Shown: positions 58,464-64,000 of the stretch, piece by piece | How positions within the stretch are numbered: position 1 is the first letter of the stretch | How the letters are laid out: the number at the start of each line of letters is the position of its first letter | Assembly: GCA_004524445.1 (NCBI GenBank) | Contig: SDNP01000013.1 | Location: 1-64,000 of the forward strand | Reading direction: 5' to 3' | Source of the DNA: Candidatus Thorarchaeota archaeon | GTDB taxonomy: Archaea > Asgardarchaeota > Thorarchaeia > Thorarchaeales > Thorarchaeaceae | Length of the DNA: 64,000 nt | Notes under the pieces: generated by a model | What the model saw: only the letters and a program-made list of their open reading frames with translations | Told to the model about the DNA's origin: nothing | The model's database searches: none | Program-made: the position numbers and the translations under genes

Positions 58464-61223
58464 ATGTCCAAATTCAATAGATTCAAACGGTCCGCGGGTC
58501 GTTTCCTGAAAAGGGTCTTCCGAAGGCCAAAGGCAGAAATTAGTCGTGGGTCCGTAATGATAATGGTGGCATTAGCAATCATTTTCATATCTGCACTGGC
58601 TCTAAGGCTGGAACCATTAATCAATGCTCAGCCTGTTGTAAGAGCTTTTGACCCCTGGTTCCAGCTGCGAGTGACAGAATATGTGGCGGAAAATGGGTAT
58701 GCTGCATATTTCTCTTGGTATGATTATACAACATGGGTGCCTTTTGGACGTGATATGACACAAACTAGCTATGTCGGTGTGCCATTTACCACTGCTTTCT
58801 TCTATTGGGTCGTAAATCTATTCGGAATCGAAGTATCCGTAACCTATGTTGCAATAGTTCTCCCTGCATTCATGGGCGCACTGACCACTATTGTTGCATT
58901 CTTCTTCGGACGAGAACTATACAACAATACTGTTGGATTGTTGAATGCCCTATTCATGGCTTTCATGCCAGCATTTATCCAGAGAACAATAGTTGGATTC
59001 TTTGACAATGAGAGCATAGGAATCTTTGCGATTGTACTTACCATGTACCTATTCATTCGTAGTATTCGACGTGGTTCAAGCATTTCGGGAGTCGCTGCAG
59101 GTTTGTCCCTAGGGTATCTACTTGCGTCATGGGGTGCTGCTGATTTCATGTTGGGCCTTTTTGCTCTTTATGGCCTTATTATGCTCATGATAGGGCGATA
59201 CAGCAAACGATTGCTGAGCTCTTATCTATTGACATTGGCTCTAGGTATGTTCATTGGATGTCTTGTGCCGCGAAATGGTTTCGAGAGCCTTACGTCGTTT
59301 ACATACCTTGCCCCGATGGGTGTAGGAATTCTTCTTGCGGGGTATGAAGTCTGGCTGAGAATAGGTTCACTTAGGGACGCCACTGCGACAAGACTTGCAC
59401 CTCACTTGAAGTCAATTCTGGTTGGAATTATCGCCCCAGTCGCAGGAATGATCGCTTATGTGATTTACTCGAGTGGATTAGACCTCGCGATTGTTACCAC
59501 AGCATCGAATCCCTTTACAGTTATTGGAAATAAATTCCTTAGTGTAATTAATCCATTTTACCGTCTTGATCAACGGATATTTGCATCTGTGGCTGAGCAC
59601 TTACCAAGCCCATGGGGAAGTTTCTATCAGACATTGTTGATACTAATCTTTTTCCTGCCTCTAGGAATGTACTTCTTATTCCGAAGAGGTCGAGATGAGG
59701 ACTATTTGATTCTCCTCTTTGGCATCACAGCTGTATACTTTGCAGGAAGCATGATTCGACTTAGTTTGATTCTTGCGCCTGCAGCTGCAATTCTTTCAGG
59801 TATAGCAGTTAACGGAATATTGAGCCCATTCGCCAAGGTTGTAACTCAGGACTCGGTCTTTGAGCGAAGAAGATTCAGAATGAGTTCATCTCTGACATCC
59901 GAGCATGCCATTGCCGCATTCGGATTTGTTGGTCTGCTTCTATCTGTAAATCTGATTCTTGGCGTTTCTTATGTGACGAACTCGGTGAGCAATCCCGAAT
60001 TTGCGCCGTCTCAGATCACATCCGACCGCCAGTTTGCTGATTGGCAGACGTCGATGAACTATATCAGGAACGTTCTACCAGATGATGCAGTTATTGCTAG
60101 TTGGTGGGATTACGGCTACTGGATAAATGGGGCTGGTGACGGACAAACGATTGTTGACAATGCCACTTGGAATCGTACGCAAATTGCCTTAATGGGTTAC
60201 GCACTGATGGCGCTCAATTTAACAGAGTCACTAAAGACGTTCAAGCTCTGGAATGCCTCACATGTATTGGTCTATTGGGGTCATACCAGTTCCGGTGTTG
60301 GCGGTGATGAAGGTAAATGGCCCTGGATGGTAAGAATTGCGGAGGACCGCTTTGGCAGCTCAGTCATCGATGATGCAACTTATCTTGGTGACAATCCTGC
60401 TACCGACCAGGAGGAGTCAGAATACACCCAGGACGCATTCTTCCAGTCCACTATATACAAGCTTATGATGTACAACGAGCCAACATCATTAGAATCCGGG
60501 CAACAGAGGGGACTAACTAATGAGCGCTTGGGCTGGGATAGGCAGTACATCGAAAATCCAGATAAGCGCTGGCTTAATAATATTCCACAGACCCTTCACG
60601 GTGCCTTCAAAGAAGCCTTCATCAGCTATGCATATGGCTTTGTCAAGATTTACGAGATTGACTATACAATGCTTGAGCAGTACAACAACCGTACCAGTTC
60701 AGACTGGCGGCTGAGACAAGACTCACTATCTCAAGTATCAATTGATGGCAGCCTTTCCCCGCAAGAGGAGGACTTTCAGAGTTTCAATACGGTATTTGGT
60801 GGTGGCTACGACGCTACTGTCTACACACGGGCGAACTCAACCCATGTCTATTATGGGATACAGATGGATAACTACACTCTTGGAGAAGACGCCTTCGGAC
60901 TGCAGATATCTCCAATCGATACTACTTCAGTATCAGACATTCGAGTTGTTAACTACCAAGGGCAGGAGTATTTCGATGGACATATCGACTATTATGGCGA
61001 CTGGGTGGCTGATGCCCAAAGTGCAAACGAATCTGAGGCGGCAACTGGTGAAAATGTGATAGAGTTCCTGCTACCGTTGGAATCCGATGATCCAGATGAT
61101 ATACATCTTGCCCCTGGAAATAAGTACCAAATACGCTTCCTATTCTGGAACAATATGCAAACTGGTGAACCAACACTCAATAGTGACTGGACGGTCTTCT
61201 GGGTTCCTGTAGAGCTACATTAG
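58464..61223 (+). CDS. aglB: Oligosaccharyltransferase AglB/STT3 with C-terminal DOMON/CBM9-like extension
   Basis: FDPWF, FFDNE, SVAEH, WWDYG, DNATWNRT, DEGKWPWMVRI, VKIYE. Confidence 0.95.
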   Translation: MSKFNRFKRSAGRFLKRVFRRPKAEISRGSVMIMVALAIIFISALALRLEPLINAQPVVRAFDPWFQLRVTEYVAENGYAAYFSWYDYTTWVPFGRDMTQTSYVGVPFTTAFFYWVVNLFGIEVSVTYVAIVLPAFMGALTTIVAFFFGRELYNNTVGLLNALFMAFMPAFIQRTIVGFFDNESIGIFAIVLTMYLFIRSIRRGSSISGVAAGLSLGYLLASWGAADFMLGLFALYGLIMLMIGRYSKRLLSSYLLTLALGMFIGCLVPRNGFESLTSFTYLAPMGVGILLAGYEVWLRIGSLRDATATRLAPHLKSILVGIIAPVAGMIAYVIYSSGLDLAIVTTASNPFTVIGNKFLSVINPFYRLDQRIFASVAEHLPSPWGSFYQTLLILIFFLPLGMYFLFRRGRDEDYLILLFGITAVYFAGSMIRLSLILAPAAAILSGIAVNGILSPFAKVVTQDSVFERRRFRMSSSLTSEHAIAAFGFVGLLLSVNLILGVSYVTNSVSNPEFAPSQITSDRQFADWQTSMNYIRNVLPDDAVIASWWDYGYWINGAGDGQTIVDNATWNRTQIALMGYALMALNLTESLKTFKLWNASHVLVYWGHTSSGVGGDEGKWPWMVRIAEDRFGSSVIDDATYLGDNPATDQEESEYTQDAFFQSTIYKLMMYNEPTSLESGQQRGLTNERLGWDRQYIENPDKRWLNNIPQTLHGAFKEAFISYAYGFVKIYEIDYTMLEQYNNRTSSDWRLRQDSLSQVSIDGSLSPQEEDFQSFNTVFGGGYDATVYTRANSTHVYYGIQMDNYTLGEDAFGLQISPIDTTSVSDIRVVNYQGQEYFDGHIDYYGDWVADAQSANESEAATGENVIEFLLPLESDDPDDIHLAPGNKYQIRFLFWNNMQTGEPTLNSDWTVFWVPVELH

Positions 61224-61233
61224 ATCAGAAGGC

Positions 61234-61256
61234 GGCGGCTTTTCTTTCAAGCCGCC
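61234..61256. terminator. Hairpin between convergent aglB and nop10
   Basis: GGCGGCTT...AAGCCGCC. Confidence 0.5.
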
Positions 61257-61275
61257 CCATCTCCACTTTTAATAA

Positions 61276-61452
61276 TCAGTCGGATTCCAGTCTTTTTGCC
61301 TTTCTCTTGGCTTCGCGTCTGTATTTTCCATACTTGTCCTGAGGAGAAAATCTCGGAGGAGCGGGACCGGTTACTTGTCCCCCACAATAAGGGCATCCCT
61401 TTTGTTCGAGGGTGTATTTGTTGCATTCGGTGCATTTGAATAAAGGCGGCAT
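61276..61452 (-). CDS. nop10: Nop10 (58 aa; absent from the ORF track)
   Basis: MPPLFKCTECNKYTLEQKGCPYCGG...PPRFSPQDKYGKYRR; follows aIF2alpha. Confidence 0.93.
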   Translation of the reverse strand: MPPLFKCTECNKYTLEQKGCPYCGGQVTGPAPPRFSPQDKYGKYRREAKRKAKRLESD

Positions 61453-61461
61453 ATGAGCTAC

Positions 61462-62256
61462 CTACTTGCGAGTAAACTTGAAAGTACCATCTTTCTTCTC
61501 AATAATTTTTTTAACGGAGTCCAGTATCTCATCTAGCAAGTCCTCTGCTTCTTTATAATCCGGACTCACGATTCTAAGTTTGTATCTTGGGGAGCCAAGT
61601 GTATAGATCTCGACAGATGATTTATCCTGTTTTTTTCCGACTTCAAGTCCTTTTTTGAGGCCCTCTTTTATCACACTAACCCCTTCGGCTCCTGGAACAG
61701 TAATGGTCATTTCGCCATCTATTTCAATGGAAGGAATCTCTATTCTATCCTCTGCAAGTTCAGCTACCTGCTTAAGGTATTTTTTGGGCGCATCCACATC
61801 ATCGAAAACAGAAACATCTCCGTCTGCAGCTGCTTCAAGGCCCTTGTATATCTCTCCAAAATACTCTTGAATTGGCCATCCAATCTTCTCATAAGCCTCT
61901 TCCAGAGTCATATCATTTTCCTTAGCAACGAGCTCCAACAACCTCTCTGCTCTTTGTGCCCTCTTCCATTCTTCATTTTTTACTCTCTTGGCCTCTGAAG
62001 AAACTCGGCGAAGTGAACAATCAATATGTCCCTTGACTTCATCAACCTTAAGAACTCGTACAACCACCCGTTGGTTTTCTGCAATATGATTACGAATGTT
62101 CCTAACCCATGTGCTCGAGACCTCTGAAATATGAATGAAGCCTTCCTTGTCATCATATTCAGGAAGTGTAACATATGCTCCGTATGGGGCTACCTTAGTT
62201 GCTACTGCAACTACATATTCGTCAGGACTCGGCCATTCTGCTCGTTTCAAAACCAT
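61462..62256 (-). CDS. eif2a: Translation initiation factor aIF2 alpha
   Basis: S1 domain GAYV.L.EY...EGFIHISEV, KGHIDCSLRRV, GSPRY. Confidence 0.96.
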   Translation of the reverse strand: MVLKRAEWPSPDEYVVAVATKVAPYGAYVTLPEYDDKEGFIHISEVSSTWVRNIRNHIAENQRVVVRVLKVDEVKGHIDCSLRRVSSEAKRVKNEEWKRAQRAERLLELVAKENDMTLEEAYEKIGWPIQEYFGEIYKGLEAAADGDVSVFDDVDAPKKYLKQVAELAEDRIEIPSIEIDGEMTITVPGAEGVSVIKEGLKKGLEVGKKQDKSSVEIYTLGSPRYKLRIVSPDYKEAEDLLDEILDSVKKIIEKKDGTFKFTRK

Positions 62257-62294
62257 CTCGGGAACCTCCACTAGGACCTCTGGATTTCAGAATC

Positions 62295-62504
62295 CTATTG
62301 TAACGTTTCTACCTCTCTTGCGATTGGCTGGAGCTTTGTCTTCCCGCCAACAGGTTTTGCCAGAACTTTATCACACTTTAGACATTTTACTTCTGTAGAA
62401 GCATTGCCGAAAATAATCTGTTCATTCTCACAGTCTAGGCATTTTACCTTCAAGAATCGTGAGTTGGGTTGTTGAACTATCTCTCCTTTGGTCACTATTA
62501 CCAC
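62295..62504 (-). CDS. rps27e: 30S ribosomal protein S27e
   Basis: PNSRFLKVKC.DC.NEQIIF...C..C...PVGGK. Confidence 0.95.
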   Translation of the reverse strand: MVIVTKGEIVQQPNSRFLKVKCLDCENEQIIFGNASTEVKCLKCDKVLAKPVGGKTKLQPIAREVETLQ

Positions 62505-62650
62505 CAGTTTGTTCGAGGTTTCAGTACTGCCTTCACGGCAGAAAAAGGCCCAAACATATGGACACTTTAACGTCGGAACAGGGTTGCATTATAACTCTAT
62601 CGACACGCCATTTCGTTTGACGCCCTCAAGAACGTCTATGGGCTTATCTG

Positions 62651-62932
62651 CTAAACTCTGGAAATTTCAACCTTTTTGAGTCTCATACCATCGGTCTGAA
62701 TGGTATATCCACATTCTCGACATTTTAATTTGAGTACCGTCTTCTTTGTTGTCTTGGCGAATCGTTTCTGAATCTGCTTTGGAAATGAACCATACCCCTT
62801 TGTCTTTCTCTTCATCCGTCGAGCACCTTGGGCCATTGGGCTCTGTGCCCCCTTTTTGTAAATACTTGTGCTATGCTCAGTATGCGTCTTGCACTTGGGG
62901 CAATATTTGTTCATTACGGCAGGGACCTTCAT
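62651..62932 (-). CDS. rpl44e: 50S ribosomal protein L44e
   Basis: MKVP...YCPKCKTHT...GYG...KTTKK...CREC. Confidence 0.95.
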   Translation of the reverse strand: MKVPAVMNKYCPKCKTHTEHSTSIYKKGAQSPMAQGARRMKRKTKGYGSFPKQIQKRFAKTTKKTVLKLKCRECGYTIQTDGMRLKKVEISRV

Positions 62933-63121
62933 CATCAATTCACCTTTGCATGGAACGTGTTCGCTAAAGCTCTCGCAGTCGGTTGGCTTCTTAATCTTAT
63001 CGTTTTGCACAAAGGTAAGATCGAGATACCTAGACATGCGTTAGAATTTGAAAGACATTATGACGGTATTAATTCAAAGCATGGTATCAAAACTAGCCAG
63101 AACGAACACACCTTTTAGTTA

Positions 63122-63343
63122 CTAGCCCCAAAATTGAAGTTGTTGCCCAATATGGGAAACCACGGTAATGATTACTAAAATAGCTGCCATGACGACAACA
63201 AGGGTTGGTCCAACTTTTATTCCGGGAGTTTCATCTTCGAAGAACCTAATGAGCCCAGCGCCACCGGAGGGCATAGGACCGGAATCTCGGCTGCTACTCC
63301 GTCTTGTCTTTTTCTTCTTCTTCCTCTTAGCGGACTTTGGCAT
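63122..63343 (-). CDS. Sec61beta
   Basis: GAGLIRFFEDETPGIKVGP plus C-terminal TM. Confidence 0.9.
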   Translation of the reverse strand: MPKSAKRKKKKKTRRSSSRDSGPMPSGGAGLIRFFEDETPGIKVGPTLVVVMAAILVIITVVSHIGQQLQFWG

Positions 63344-63430
63344 TCCGTCTTTGCCTCCTAGGCTAGATGAGAATCAGTTTATTCAGTTTTTAATCCTTTC
63401 CTATTGCCATAAAGTTGAAGGCCATAATTC

Positions 63431-63718
63431 CTATTTGCAGGCACAGGGTGTTTGGAAACACTTCGGACAACCTTTCCCGTATTTCATCAAAAAGGCACGT
63501 GTCATATCAATTTTGAGCAAATTTGCTAGCGAGAGCAGCCAAGCAAATACGTCTGCTAGTTCATCCTGAATATCCTTCATAGTCTGATTCTTAGAAACTG
63601 CCTCACTCAGTTCTGCGAGTTCTTGAAAGGTGCGAATCAAGGTTCCATTCACCCCTCTCGTGTTATCTCTCTCGAGATATATTTCACGCATAAGATTCTG
63701 TCCGTCACTTATATCCAT
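63431..63718 (-). CDS. MazG-like nucleotide pyrophosphohydrolase
   Basis: ELAEL, DELADVFAWL, KY...CPKC...C.C. Confidence 0.85.
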   Translation of the reverse strand: MDISDGQNLMREIYLERDNTRGVNGTLIRTFQELAELSEAVSKNQTMKDIQDELADVFAWLLSLANLLKIDMTRAFLMKYGKGCPKCFQTPCACK

Positions 63719-63759
63719 AATAACACCTCAATAAAGAGGTGGCCCGATTTAACGGGCCT

Positions 63760-64000
63760 TTACTTGAAGCGGAGATGCTCGTAAGCAGGAGTCTCAGTGT
63801 CAAAGGCATAGTGTACCTTCTGATACTCCTTTCTGTATTCGGAAACCTCTTCTGCGACCTTTTTGACATCTTCTTCTTTCATGACTACACGATAGAGGAA
63901 ATCCGCAACATCCTCCATCTCGCCCTCTTTCAGTCCTAATCGAGTAACCTCACTAGATCCAAGTCGTATTCCGCCTGGTTTGCGATAATCACGACCCATC
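63760..64000 (-). CDS. glyA: Serine hydroxymethyltransferase C-terminus (partial)
   Basis: PGGIRLGSSEVTRLGLKEGEM..VA.F. Confidence 0.88.
   Translation of the reverse strand, partial: MGRDYRKPGGIRLGSSEVTRLGLKEGEMEDVADFLYRVVMKEEDVKKVAEEVSEYRKEYQKVHYAFDTETPAYEHLRFK

Noticed and set aside
62936-63037. N-terminal extension of L44e in the ORF track
   Set aside because: A GGTGA SD precedes the canonical MKVP start; the upstream part is treated as leader.
1-64000. CRISPR arrays, rRNA, integrase/transposase or selenoprotein genes
   Set aside because: None seen by eye; the many short antisense ORFs in the track are shadows of real genes.

Overview
Archaeal chromosomal window, most likely from an Asgard archaeon (probably Thorarchaeia; inferred from PolD DP2, Elf1, a small Ras/Arf-like GTPase, an OSTC/DC2-like protein, a PAC4-like protein and a eukaryote-like STT3). 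About 47 kb (17-64 kb) is core machinery: aIF5B, L7Ae/S28e/L24e, the rpoD-L18e-L13-S9-rpoN-S2 operon, an archaeal modified mevalonate operon, Lhr, RPA, PolD, RadB, XPD, TopA, folate/glycine-cleavage genes, AglB, Nop10-aIF2alpha-S27e-L44e and Sec61beta. It also holds an SRP RNA, tRNA-Pro(CGG) and a two-intron tRNA-Ser(GCU). The first 16 kb is accessory-rich. Most notable: (1) an integrase-free island of about 5.5 kb bounded by a 405-bp duplicate of the EF-1alpha 3' end. That duplicate is diverged mostly at synonymous sites except for a 92-bp identical tract, and the island also carries a diverged copy of the rpl44e 5' leader and first codons. (2) A dispersed set of eukaryote-like oligosaccharyltransferase subunits, including an unannotated 39-aa OST4-like micro-ORF. 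(3) A three-micro-ORF operon. (4) RNA-level oddities: a T-loop tRNA intron, a UGGC helix-8 loop in SRP RNA and a k-turn switch in the L7Ae leader. All homology calls are by eye; no searches were run.
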